This document shows, piece by piece, positions 31,548-41,093 of a stretch of 64,000 nucleotides of DNA (position 1 is its first letter; each line of letters opens with the position of its first letter). Below the pieces are notes generated by a model. That model was not told where the DNA came from, made no database searches, and saw only the letters and a list, made by a program, of their open reading frames with translations. Both the position numbers and the translations under genes were made by a program. The stretch is from Candidatus Eremiobacteria bacterium (lineage in GTDB: Bacteria > Vulcanimicrobiota > Vulcanimicrobiia > Vulcanimicrobiales > Vulcanimicrobiaceae): the NCBI GenBank assembly GCA_963737065.1, contig CAVTRC010000001.1, positions 1,568,001 to 1,632,000 on the forward strand, read 5' to 3'.

Positions 31548-31901
31548 TTAGGCGCGTTCTCCGATGAAGCCGCGGTAGACGCGGATTAGCGTGTCCTTTT
31601 GTTCCGCAGTCAAACGCGGATCGAGTTTGATCGCCGATTCAACGGCGTCAGCTGCTTCGTTGCGCACGTCTTCATCGAGCAACCCGGCTTGCGTGTAGAA
31701 TGTCTCGGCCGAAAGATGCAGCGCTTTGGCAATTTGCTTGAGCACTTCCGCGGATGGCTTATATAAGCCGCGTTCGACTTGGCTCAAGTACGGATTCGAA
31801 ACTTTGGCAAGATCCGCAAGCTGCCGGAGAGAGAGATTCGCGAGCTCGCGTTGCGTACGGATGAATTCGCCGAGGCCTTTGAGATGATCGCGATTGTTCA
31901 T
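31548..31901 (-). CDS. XRE-family HTH regulator (Rv0474-like)
   Basis: GEFIRTQRE..LSLRQLA...VSNPYLSQVERGL.KPSAEVL; ATGA overlap with phaC. Confidence 0.88.
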   Translation of the reverse strand: MNNRDHLKGLGEFIRTQRELANLSLRQLADLAKVSNPYLSQVERGLYKPSAEVLKQIAKALHLSAETFYTQAGLLDEDVRNEAADAVESAIKLDPRLTAEQKDTLIRVYRGFIGERA

Positions 31902-33607
31902 GCTTCCACCGTCGATTCATTACGAACGTAGAGGCCCGGCGCCGGTTCCCCGCCTTCCGGCAACGGATACGGCGTGCGCTGCGCGCCGCCGTGTGCGCCG
32001 GCCCACGCCGCCCAGTCTTCCCACCAGCTTCCCTGGTGTTTGGTTGAACGCGCGAGCCATGCATCCGGTGATTCACCCGGCTCGGTATGGTCGGCTGTCC
32101 AATAGCATGCTTTCGGGTTACCGGGCGGATTGCAAATGCCCGCGACGTGACCGGAATTCGTGCGCGTATATTTTACGTCGCCGGCGACATATTGCGACGT
32201 CATGTACGTCGTTCGCCACGGCGCGATGTGATCGTTTTCCGCACCGAGCACGTACATCGGTGTGCCGATCTTGCCCAGATCGATCGGCACGCCGGCGAGC
32301 ACGAAGGCGTTGGGCACGATCAGCAGATTGTGCAGGTAGCACGCGCGCAGATACTGCGAATGCATCGCCGCCGGCATGCGCGTCGCGTCGCCGTTCCATG
32401 CGAGAATATCGAATGCGGGCGGCTTTTTGCCCATGTACCAATTCGAGACGACGTAACTCCAGATCAAGTCGTTCGCGCGCATCCAGTTGAATGTGCCGGC
32501 CATCTCGCTCGACTCGAGAAATCCGCGTTCGTTCATTTTCTTTTCGAGCCGCGCGATCGTTGCTTCATCGGTAAATGCCGCAAGATCACCCGGCTGAGTG
32601 AAGTCGACGATCGTGTTGGTGACGGTCAGCGACGCGACGCGATCCGCTTGTCCCTTCGCGGCCAGATATGCAAGCAGCAACACGGCCATCGTTCCGCCCA
32701 GGCAAAGCCCCGCCATGTTGACCTTCGGTGCACCGGTGAGGCGTTGCACGGCATCAAGCGCCGCAAGCGGGCCGTTTTCGAGATAGGTATCCATCGTGTA
32801 CTCGCGCATCGATGCGTCGGGATTACGATAGCTGATCATGAACGTTTGATGGCCGTGTTTGACCGCCCACTCGACGAAAGAACGTCCCGGCGCAATATCC
32901 ATGATGTAGTATTTGTTGATCCACGGCGGGGACATCAGCAGCGGGCGTTCGTAGACAGTTTCCGTCTGCGGATAGTATGCCAGCAGTTCGATCAACTCGT
33001 TGCGAAAGACGACTTCGCCTGGTGTGGCGGCCATGTTTTCGCCCAGCACGAATGACGACGTATCGACTTGCTTCGGATACCCGCCGTTATTTTTGACGTC
33101 ATCGAGCAATTCCGCGAGTCCGTTCACGAGGCTATTTCCGCCGGTGTTCACGGCTTCTTTCACGACGGCGGGATTCAACCACGGCACGTTGCTCGGCGCA
33201 AGCGAGTCGAGCAGCATGTTGATCGCGAAGCGCGCTTTGCGTCTCGTCGACTCCGGCAGACGCGATTGCTCCACGAGCAGCTGCGCATATTGACGGCGAA
33301 CCAAGTACTCTTCGAGCATGGACGTCAGAAATGGATTGCTCGTCCATGCCGGGTCGGTGAAGCGTTTATCGCCGTTCGCGGAGGCAACCGGCGGGGGATT
33401 CTCGCCTTGGAGCCGGCGCATTGCATTCATTGCGACGCCTTGTTCGGCGAGCACGAACGCCGTCATCATGCTGCCGGCGCGCAGCGGATCGCTCATCACG
33501 TCGACGGTAACGGCCTGCAGCGCGTCCATCAGCGATGCCGGATCGGCACCGCTGAGGTCCATTCCGTAGCTGAACTCTTCCAGGGGTACCGATCCGATCG
33601 TGCTCAC
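31898..33607 (-). CDS. phaC: Polyhydroxyalkanoate synthase (class I/II-like)
   Basis: DKRF, ATPGEVV, PPWINKYY, lipase box GLCLGG, NDHIAPW, SGHVAG, GSWW. GTG 33607 overlaps the phaB stop. Confidence 0.93.
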   Translation of the reverse strand: MSTIGSVPLEEFSYGMDLSGADPASLMDALQAVTVDVMSDPLRAGSMMTAFVLAEQGVAMNAMRRLQGENPPPVASANGDKRFTDPAWTSNPFLTSMLEEYLVRRQYAQLLVEQSRLPESTRRKARFAINMLLDSLAPSNVPWLNPAVVKEAVNTGGNSLVNGLAELLDDVKNNGGYPKQVDTSSFVLGENMAATPGEVVFRNELIELLAYYPQTETVYERPLLMSPPWINKYYIMDIAPGRSFVEWAVKHGHQTFMISYRNPDASMREYTMDTYLENGPLAALDAVQRLTGAPKVNMAGLCLGGTMAVLLLAYLAAKGQADRVASLTVTNTIVDFTQPGDLAAFTDEATIARLEKKMNERGFLESSEMAGTFNWMRANDLIWSYVVSNWYMGKKPPAFDILAWNGDATRMPAAMHSQYLRACYLHNLLIVPNAFVLAGVPIDLGKIGTPMYVLGAENDHIAPWRTTYMTSQYVAGDVKYTRTNSGHVAGICNPPGNPKACYWTADHTEPGESPDAWLARSTKHQGSWWEDWAAWAGAHGGAQRTPYPLPEGGEPAPGLYVRNESTVEA

Positions 33608-34389
33608 ATGTACATCCCGCCGTTGACGTCGAAAGTTGCGCCGGTGATGAATCCCGATTGCTCGTCCGCCAAGAATCGAACGACGCGCGCGATTTCGTTT
33701 GGCTCGCCGAGGCGATCGACGGGCGTGCGGCTCTTCGCGGTATCGATCGCCGCTTGCGGCATTGCGGCCACCATTTCCGTCGCGGTGAAGCCGGGCGCGA
33801 CGGCGTTTACGGTAATTCCGGAACGTGCGGTTTCGAGGGCGAGCGTCTTCGTCAGCCCCAACAACCCGGCTTTGGCTGCCGCGTAGTTCGCCTGGCCGAA
33901 ATTGCCCATGTGGCCGACGACCGAACTGATGTTCACGATGCGGCCATATTTGCGCTCCAGCATACGATCGAGCACGGCTTTGATCATAAAAAACGGCCCC
34001 GACAGATTCACGTCGATGACCGCTTCCCATTCCTCAACCGTCATTTTGCGAGCCGTGCGATCCTTCGTAATGCCGGCGTTGTTGACGAGGATGTCGACCT
34101 TGCCGTGCTGCTCGAGAATCGATCGCACGGCGGCGTCGCACGCCGCGTGATCGGCGACGTTCGCTTCGTAAAACTCGACGAGTTTCGCGGTACCGTTGAG
34201 GGAGGCTCGCAACGCCGAGGTGCGTTCGCGATCGGCCGGGATACCGACCACGGCGACGACCGCCCCGTCGTTTGCGAAAGCCTTCGAAATCGCGCCGCCG
34301 ATGCCGCGCGAGCCACCCGTGACGATCGCAATGCGGCCGTCCAGCCGCTTGAGTGCTGTGGACGCGAGTTGGGGAGAGCCTAAATCCAT
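33604..34389 (-). CDS. phaB: Acetoacetyl-CoA reductase (SDR), copy 1
   Basis: TGGSRGIG, NNAGITKD, GNFGQANYAAAK, NGGMYM; coupled to phaC. Confidence 0.8.
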   Translation of the reverse strand: MDLGSPQLASTALKRLDGRIAIVTGGSRGIGGAISKAFANDGAVVAVVGIPADRERTSALRASLNGTAKLVEFYEANVADHAACDAAVRSILEQHGKVDILVNNAGITKDRTARKMTVEEWEAVIDVNLSGPFFMIKAVLDRMLERKYGRIVNISSVVGHMGNFGQANYAAAKAGLLGLTKTLALETARSGITVNAVAPGFTATEMVAAMPQAAIDTAKSRTPVDRLGEPNEIARVVRFLADEQSGFITGATFDVNGGMYM

Positions 34390-34541
34390 TGTACGGACGT
34401 TTTACCCAGGTGCTGTACTTACCTAGCAAATCTTAAGGTTGGCCGACCACTGACCTGAGCACCCGGTTTTCTTACGCCGGCCCTCGTCGCGTTCAAACCC
34501 TTCGTACACGGCGCCGCATCGCGGCTTCCGTACGACCGGGA

Positions 34542-35285
34542 TCACAACATATCGAGGCCGCCGTTGACGTGAAATGCGGCGCCCGTGATGTAGCCGGAAT
34601 CGTCCTCGCACAAGAACTTCACGACGCGCGCGATTTCGTGCGGCTGCCCGAGCCGGCGCGTGGGAACTTTGTTGATCACTTTCTCGAGCACTTCAGGCGG
34701 CATCGCACCGACCATCTCCGTCTCGATGAATCCTGGGGCGACCGCGTTGGCCGTGATCCCTTTATTGGCCGTTTCGAGCGCGAGGCTTTTCGTAAAGCCG
34801 AACAATCCCGCTTTCGATGCGGCGTAATTGGCTTGGCCGATGTTTCCGGTCGAGCCGATGACCGAGCTGATGTTGACGATCCGTCCGCTTCCGCGCCCGA
34901 TCATGTGCTCGAGCACGGCTTTAGTCATATTGAAGGCGCCGGACAAGTTGACGTTGATGACGTTCCACCAATCTTCGGAACTCATCTTGCGTAGCGTTTT
35001 ATCGAGCGTAATGCCGGCGTTGTTGACCAAAAAATCGACGCGCCCGTATTTGTCGAGTACTTCGTTGACGACGCGCTGGCAATCATCGAAGTCGTCCACA
35101 CGTCCCTGATGGACCGAGATGTTGCCGCCGCGTTCGCGAATGCGCGCGGCGCACGATTCGGCGGATTCTTTTCCTTTGTTGTAACCCGCAGCGACGTGCG
35201 CGTTCGCGCGAGCGAGTTCGTCGCTGATTGCGGCCCCAATGCCGCGAGTACCGCCGGTAACAATCGCAACTCGTCCTGTAAACAT
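34542..35285 (-). CDS. phaB: Acetoacetyl-CoA reductase (SDR), copy 2
   Basis: TGGTRGIG, NNAGITLD, GNIGQANYAASK; GGAGG RBS. Confidence 0.8.
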   Translation of the reverse strand: MFTGRVAIVTGGTRGIGAAISDELARANAHVAAGYNKGKESAESCAARIRERGGNISVHQGRVDDFDDCQRVVNEVLDKYGRVDFLVNNAGITLDKTLRKMSSEDWWNVINVNLSGAFNMTKAVLEHMIGRGSGRIVNISSVIGSTGNIGQANYAASKAGLFGFTKSLALETANKGITANAVAPGFIETEMVGAMPPEVLEKVINKVPTRRLGQPHEIARVVKFLCEDDSGYITGAAFHVNGGLDML

Positions 35286-35358
35286 CGCCCCTCCGTCGGC
35301 CCGGTGCGACGTACATGCGGATGTGTTTACAGTAAATCCCGCGTGGTCTACGAAGCGC

Positions 35359-36093
35359 TCACGGTGTTGCGGGCGTCATGAACAACGGCACCGGAGTCGG
35401 CGTTGCGACGGGCGCCGGCGAGGGCGTGTAATTGACGATGACGGTGAACGTCGTCGGCGCGGTCGCGCTTGCAAGCAATTCGTTACGATGTACGCCGCTT
35501 GCGATAATTTGCAGTTGAACCAACGCGTTTCCACCGACCGCGGACGGCGATGCATCGAATCCGTATGTCACGGGCGTCGCCGTCGCGCCCGCAAAGAGCG
35601 GATCCGCTGCCGGCAATTGCGCGACGCTAAGCGCCGTCGCAGTAAATGCGTCGATCGGACCGATGACCTCGCCCGCGGTGGGCGCCGTGCCCGCTGCAAA
35701 CGCGTATCGGGTGATCCGCCGCTGCGTGGTGTCGAAGACGTACGCCCAGGAGTACGGACGATGCGCACCGTCCTCGCTGAAAAAGTCGAGTTCGTGTCCG
35801 TCACTATTTGCGTGGCCGTTGACGTCGGTAGCCGGAACGTAGACGGCCCACGCGCTCGCGGCTTCCGCCGTCAACCGTTCCATCAGGCGTTCGGCGGCGC
35901 TTTGACTCTGCACGCGCGTTCCGAGCGCGGACGTCGCTTGCGTCAAACGCGAGGCGAACGTCACGAGCGAGCCGATGACGACGGCGGCGATCGCAGCGGC
36001 AACGACGAGCTCGACCAGCGTAAACCCCGCTTGGCTCTCCCTCACGCCGAGCCCAGTGCCCGCGTTGATGCCCTGCAAGACTTTGTGGTACAA
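35359..36093 (-). CDS. Prepilin-type N-terminal cleavage/methylation protein (start may be GTG 36045)
   Basis: RESQAG/FTLVELVV class III signal followed by a hydrophobic helix. Confidence 0.8.
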   Translation of the reverse strand: MYHKVLQGINAGTGLGVRESQAGFTLVELVVAAAIAAVVIGSLVTFASRLTQATSALGTRVQSQSAAERLMERLTAEAASAWAVYVPATDVNGHANSDGHELDFFSEDGAHRPYSWAYVFDTTQRRITRYAFAAGTAPTAGEVIGPIDAFTATALSVAQLPAADPLFAGATATPVTYGFDASPSAVGGNALVQLQIIASGVHRNELLASATAPTTFTVIVNYTPSPAPVATPTPVPLFMTPATP

Positions 36094-36098
36094 AGTAT

Positions 36099-36707
36099 AT
36101 GATGACCGAACTCGAACGCGCGCTGCTCGATATCGCCGAAGTCCGCGACCGCCTTGCCACGATGCAGCGGTTCAAGGGCTACTCTGCGGTGGCCGCCGTG
36201 GTTTCCGGCGTGCTCGCGATTGTCGCGGGCGTGGTCCAGGCCCTTGACGTACCCGTTCCGCACGGCGCGCACGAAGGCCACGTGTATTTCGCGATCTGGT
36301 TCGTTTGCGCGGCCGCTGCTGCAATCGTGAACTACGGCGCGATCGCGCATTGGTTCGTCAGCGACGAGAGCGCGCGCGACCGCTGGCAAACGCGGACCGT
36401 CGGCATCTCGATTCTTCCCGCCCTCGTACTCGGCGCCGCGCTTTCGTTCGCGGCGCTTGCGAATAACGCATTCGCGCTGCTTCCGGGCATTTGGTACGCC
36501 TGTTACGCCGTTGGTCTCTTTGCGTCGCGTACGATGATCCCGCGCGGTGTGCTGCCCATCGCGGTCGCCTTGCTTGCGCTCGGCATCGGCTTGTTGTTCG
36601 TTCCACCGTCGGTCGCACTTGCGTGGTGGGTACTGCCGGCGGGTTTCGGCACCGCCCAAGTTGCGATCGGCTACTTCGTTTTCCGCGACCGGACGGTGGA
36701 TGCATGA
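36099..36707 (+). CDS. Integral membrane protein with about 6 TM segments
   Basis: Hydrophobic segments; ATGA-coupled to the following regulator. Confidence 0.75.
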   Translation: MMTELERALLDIAEVRDRLATMQRFKGYSAVAAVVSGVLAIVAGVVQALDVPVPHGAHEGHVYFAIWFVCAAAAAIVNYGAIAHWFVSDESARDRWQTRTVGISILPALVLGAALSFAALANNAFALLPGIWYACYAVGLFASRTMIPRGVLPIAVALLALGIGLLFVPPSVALAWWVLPAGFGTAQVAIGYFVFRDRTVDA

Positions 36708-37060
36708 GCGCAACGAATCTCGATCGTGTATTTCACGAACGCGGACGCTTGGCGATCTGCTCGACGCTCGTCGCGCAGAACGACGGCGTGTCGTTTACCG
36801 CTATGCAGGAAGCGTGCGGATTGACCGACGGCAATCTCAACCGTCATCTCCATGCGCTCGCCGAAGAAGGCATCGTCGAAACCGAGCGCCGCACCGGAAT
36901 CGGGCGGCCGCAAACGATCGTTCGCATTACGCCGGCAGGGCGCGCACGCTTTCTCGACTATATCGATGCGCTCGAAGCGATCGTGCGCGACGTTCAGCGT
37001 TCGACGAGAGCGAACGAATCGCCGATCCGCACGATGCCCGCGCGCAGCACGTCGCAGTAG
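36704..37060 (+). CDS. Winged-helix transcriptional regulator (HTH_34/MarR-like)
   Basis: LDRVFHERGRLAI, LTDGNLNRHL, GRPQT..ITPAGR. Confidence 0.85.
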   Translation: MSATNLDRVFHERGRLAICSTLVAQNDGVSFTAMQEACGLTDGNLNRHLHALAEEGIVETERRTGIGRPQTIVRITPAGRARFLDYIDALEAIVRDVQRSTRANESPIRTMPARSTSQ

Positions 37061-37632
37061 ATGCCCATCCACGCCGAGCGTTCGCGCACGACGTAGTTCA
37101 AGATATCGACATCGCTTTCACCGCCGTGCTGATCGTACGTCGTTACGACGCAGCGCTCGATCGGATAGCGAACGCGCAGCAGCACGTCGCCGAGCGCCAC
37201 TTCCCGGCCGGTCATTGCTTCTTCCGTCAATGAGAATCCGTCGCGCGACGCGACGAAGAAGTTCGGACGGAAGCGTTCGAACCCGACGTCGTAACCAACG
37301 TACGCGCTCAACCCGCGCAACCACTTGTCGACCATAATGGAGACGGGCGCATCGTCAACAAACGGTTCGTCGTCGCGCGCTTGCAGTTCGACCTCTACAC
37401 CTCGCTCGTGCGCGCGCGTCACGCCCGTAGCAGGGTCGCCGGAGAGATGCAAACGGTCGTTGTCTTTGCCGCGATACGTTTTTCCGACGCGTGCGTGACC
37501 TTCACGGACGATCATCGCACTTAGGCGATCGCCTTCGACGCCCTGCGGAAGCACTGTAACTTCCTCGAGCGATTCGCCGCGCAAGCTCTTGACGGGATAG
37601 CGACGGATCGCTCCGAGCGTACCGAGATCCAT
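36994..37632 (-). CDS. MOSC domain protein
   Basis: RYPVKS, GDR, RFRPNF, ERCVVTT, GIVRIGD. Confidence 0.88.
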   Translation of the reverse strand: MDLGTLGAIRRYPVKSLRGESLEEVTVLPQGVEGDRLSAMIVREGHARVGKTYRGKDNDRLHLSGDPATGVTRAHERGVEVELQARDDEPFVDDAPVSIMVDKWLRGLSAYVGYDVGFERFRPNFFVASRDGFSLTEEAMTGREVALGDVLLRVRYPIERCVVTTYDQHGGESDVDILNYVVRERSAWMGIYCDVLRAGIVRIGDSFALVER

Positions 37633-37694
37633 ACCGGGTGATACTCGCAACGGCGCGAGGAGGCCCGCAGAACGCCCAAGAACCGCGAGCGGGC

Positions 37695-38639
37695 ATGGTA
37701 TCGACGCCCGCGTTTGCGCTGCGGCCGCTTGGGATCGGCGAAATCTTTGACCGCGCCGTGACGCTCTATGTGCGCAACTTCGTCATGTTCACGCTGATGG
37801 TGCTGACGCTGCTTGCGCCGCTCGGCGTCATTGAGTACGTCGCGTTGCCCGATCGCGCACAATCGCTCTCGGAGGCGATCGGCCAGATCGAACATCCGGC
37901 CAAGACGAAGACGCCGTCGCCGCCGCCATTCACCAACGAACAACTGATCGGCATCCTCGCGATTGCGCTCTTCGCGCTCGTTCTCGCACCGTTCGTCAAC
38001 AGCGCGGTGGCGGTCGGCGTTGCGGCGGTCTACAGCGGCGCGCAGCCGTCATATAGCATCAGCTTCGCAACCGTGTTTCGACGATGGGCGCCGCTGATCG
38101 GAACGGCGATCCTCAATGTGTTGGTCCTCATCGGCCTTTACGTCGCGCTCATCGTGGGCGTGGTGTTTCTCGCGACCGTCGGAATCTTGCTCGTACGTCC
38201 GGCGCTGCCGCTTGCGATCGCGGTCTTTATTTTCCTGACCGTCGCGTTCATCGCGGTCGTGCTCGTCATGCTGATGCTCGTAATGGCATACGCGTTCGCG
38301 ATGTATTCTGCGGCGCTGGAAGACGCCTCGCCGATTCGCGCGATTTCCCTTGCATACGGACGCGTGTTCAACCGTCGTGAACTGAAGAAAGCGTTCCTGA
38401 TGACGCTCGCGTACATCGGTCTCGAGGTCGGCGTGCTGACGATCAGTTCGACGCTAGGACTCGTGCTTCTCTTTACGCTCAAGAGTTATGCCTTGCAACT
38501 CGTCGTCAATACTCTGGTGAGCGCGATGCTTACTTCGTACGTGACGATTTTACTCGCGGTCTACTACTACGACATCCGCACGCGAAGCGAGGGGCTCGAC
38601 TTAGAAACGGATCTTCACCGGTTGACGGTCGCGTCGTGA
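37695..38639 (+). CDS. Integral membrane protein of the MoxR cluster
   Basis: LRPLGIGEIFDRA N-terminus, about 6 TM segments, YYDIRTRSEGLDL C-terminus. Confidence 0.78.
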   Translation: MVSTPAFALRPLGIGEIFDRAVTLYVRNFVMFTLMVLTLLAPLGVIEYVALPDRAQSLSEAIGQIEHPAKTKTPSPPPFTNEQLIGILAIALFALVLAPFVNSAVAVGVAAVYSGAQPSYSISFATVFRRWAPLIGTAILNVLVLIGLYVALIVGVVFLATVGILLVRPALPLAIAVFIFLTVAFIAVVLVMLMLVMAYAFAMYSAALEDASPIRAISLAYGRVFNRRELKKAFLMTLAYIGLEVGVLTISSTLGLVLLFTLKSYALQLVVNTLVSAMLTSYVTILLAVYYYDIRTRSEGLDLETDLHRLTVAS

Positions 38640-39274
38640 TACCGCGCCCGCCGCACGAACTCGTGCGCGCGGTCCGCACCGAGCTTGCAACGCCCGGGCG
38701 CTATCACTTCACGCAAAGCGCGGCGGTGCATCGCTCGTGGCTGCAGGTCGCACTGCAGTGGGTCTCGGACCGCTACGCGGATTTCGTGCACGCGTTGGCT
38801 GCCCGCGTGAAGGTTGGCCCGAACGCCGTATCGCTTTTCGGCGACGCAATCGTCATCGTCTGCGTGCTGATCGTCGCGATCGTTGGTGCGCGTCTGCTGG
38901 TCGGCCTGCAAGTCGAGCGCGCGCGCAGGCACGCCGCGATTAGGATTGGACCGTCGCGCAGCGCTTATGCGATCGCGCGAGCCGCGGCCGACGTAGCTTC
39001 GGTGGGCGATTACGTCCGGGCCATTCGCCTGCTTTTCACGGCCTCCGTAACGCTGCTGGATCTTCGCGGGGTGCTGCACGACGATCCGAGCGCAACCGTC
39101 AACGATTTGCGGCGCGCCTTGCGCGAACGTCACGCGAATGCCGAAGCGCCGTTCGTTGACATTGCGCGCGCTTTTTCAGCAGCCGCGTATGCGGAAGAAC
39201 CGCTCGACGCAACCGCGTGGGGCGCCGCACGAGCGGCGTACGACGCGCTCACGAAAGCGGCGGACGCGTCGTGA
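38636..39274 (+). CDS. DUF4129-like membrane protein
   Basis: One TM segment, GDYVRAIRLLF, TVND, F..AAY; operon context. Confidence 0.7.
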   Translation: MIPRPPHELVRAVRTELATPGRYHFTQSAAVHRSWLQVALQWVSDRYADFVHALAARVKVGPNAVSLFGDAIVIVCVLIVAIVGARLLVGLQVERARRHAAIRIGPSRSAYAIARAAADVASVGDYVRAIRLLFTASVTLLDLRGVLHDDPSATVNDLRRALRERHANAEAPFVDIARAFSAAAYAEEPLDATAWGAARAAYDALTKAADAS

Positions 39275-40131
39275 AGGGGCACGCAATCGAGATCGCGGTT
39301 TGCATCGGCGCGATCGCGCTGTTGATCGCGCTTGCGCTTGCATCGCAAAGCGGTCCCGTTTCGACGTATTCCACGTTCGATACCGGACCCAACGGCTACG
39401 AGGCGCTTTTCCATGTGCTGCGCGCGGAAGGCGTCTCGGTCGAACGATTGCAGCTGCCGCTTGCGCAACGCGATCCGAAGACCCGCGTGATCGCGTTCAC
39501 CTCGACGCTGCCTGAAGTAAAGGGCGGCCAAGGGCTGGTCTACGACGACAACGACTACGCGCGCCTCGCCGCGTTCGTCAAATCGGGTGGTACGCTCGTG
39601 TACTTCGCTTCACCGGCCAATGATCCGATGCGCAAAACGATCGCGCAGCGAAAACTTCACGTGCAGGTGCTGAACGCCGCGCTCTTCACAAACCGCGCGC
39701 TCTCGCTGCGTCCCGAGCAGATCGTTGCTGCATACGACGCGCTCGCCGGCCGCGGCCGCGTCGCGTTCGACGAACGGCTTCATGGGTACGCGATCGACCG
39801 GTCGTTGTGGTCTGTCTTGCCGGGTCCCGTGCGCGCCGCGTGTTGGATGATCGTCGCGGCCGCGATCATCGCGCTCGTCGATGCAAACATTCGCTTTGCG
39901 CCGCCGCTCGCGCGCGCAACGGCCGCCGATCGTGATTCGTCCGCGTATATCGCGTCCATGGCGGCGTTGCTTCGTCGGGCGCGTGCGGGCGCGGCGGCGA
40001 TCGCGCGCTTTGCAACGCAGGCGCAGGACGAGGACGAATTGCAGCAACTCGCACGCGTCGCGCGTCCGAGCAACGCGATGGTTCTGCGCGCGGCGGTTCT
40101 TGCAGCCCGCCGGCGAAAGGATCGCGCGTGA
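39271..40131 (+). CDS. DUF4350-like protein
   Basis: STFDTGPNGYEAL, FVKSGGTL, FTN, FDERLHG, RFAPP; GTGA overlap. Confidence 0.72.
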   Translation: MKGHAIEIAVCIGAIALLIALALASQSGPVSTYSTFDTGPNGYEALFHVLRAEGVSVERLQLPLAQRDPKTRVIAFTSTLPEVKGGQGLVYDDNDYARLAAFVKSGGTLVYFASPANDPMRKTIAQRKLHVQVLNAALFTNRALSLRPEQIVAAYDALAGRGRVAFDERLHGYAIDRSLWSVLPGPVRAACWMIVAAAIIALVDANIRFAPPLARATAADRDSSAYIASMAALLRRARAGAAAIARFATQAQDEDELQQLARVARPSNAMVLRAAVLAARRRKDRA

Positions 40132-41093
40132 ACGAATCGACGCCCCAGGTAGCGCTCTTTGCCGAGCGCGTGCGCGCCGGATTCGCACGCACCATCGTCG
40201 GCGGCGACCGTACCGCGTTTGCGCTGATGCTCGCCTTGCTCACGCGCGGGCACGCGCTGCTGGAGGGAGTTCCCGGCACCGGTAAGACGCTTGCAGTGCG
40301 CGCGTTCGCGGCATTGCTCGGTCTCGAATTCCGGCGAATACAATTTACGCCGGACTTAATGCCCTCCGACGTCGTCGGTACGTCGGTCTTCAATCCACAA
40401 ACCTTGCAGTTCAGCGTGCGCCCGGGTCCGATCGATGCCAACGTCGTCCTCGCCGACGAAATCAATCGCACGCCGCCGAAAACGCAAGCGGCGCTGCTCG
40501 AAGCGATGGAAGAAGGGCGCGCGACGATCGACGGAACGCCGATCGCACTTCCGTCACCGTTCATCGTGTGCGCGACACAGAATCCGATCGAATACGAGGG
40601 AACGTATCCGCTTCCGGAAGCGCAACTCGACCGCTTCATGGTGAAGATCGAAACCGGCTATCCCGCGCAAGCCGAAGAACTGGATCTGTTGGCACGCGTC
40701 GCATCCGGCTTCGATCCGCGCTCGCTCGATGGCGCAGCGGTTTCCGCGGTTACCGATCTCAACGAAATTGCATCCGCGCAAGCAGCGGTTCGCGCCGTGC
40801 ACGTGGCCGACGACGTGCGCGCGTACATCTACGCGATTGCCGCGGCGACGCGCAGCAACGCGCGATTGGCGCTCGGTGCATCGCCCCGCGCCGGTGTTTC
40901 TTTGCTTCTCGCCGCGCAAGCCGCCGCCGCAATCGATGGACGTATGTTTGCGACGCCGGACGACGTAAAAGACGTTGCGCCGCTGGTATTGCCGCATCGC
41001 GTCATCGTAGCGCCGGAAGCGGAGATCGAGGGCGCAACGGGCACCTCGGTGATTGCCGAAATTCTGAGCAGCGTCCCCGTTCCTCGTGCGTAG
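40128..41093 (+). CDS. moxR: MoxR-family AAA+ ATPase
   Basis: GVPGTGKT, QFTPDLMPSD, ADEINR, ATQNPIEYEGTYPLPEAQLDRF, GASPR. Confidence 0.93.
   Translation: MNESTPQVALFAERVRAGFARTIVGGDRTAFALMLALLTRGHALLEGVPGTGKTLAVRAFAALLGLEFRRIQFTPDLMPSDVVGTSVFNPQTLQFSVRPGPIDANVVLADEINRTPPKTQAALLEAMEEGRATIDGTPIALPSPFIVCATQNPIEYEGTYPLPEAQLDRFMVKIETGYPAQAEELDLLARVASGFDPRSLDGAAVSAVTDLNEIASAQAAVRAVHVADDVRAYIYAIAAATRSNARLALGASPRAGVSLLLAAQAAAAIDGRMFATPDDVKDVAPLVLPHRVIVAPEAEIEGATGTSVIAEILSSVPVPRA

Noticed and set aside
33608..34030. 141-aa N-terminal extension of PhaC in the ORF track
   Set aside because: It is an alternate frame of phaB; GTG 33607 overlaps the phaB stop as expected for coupling.
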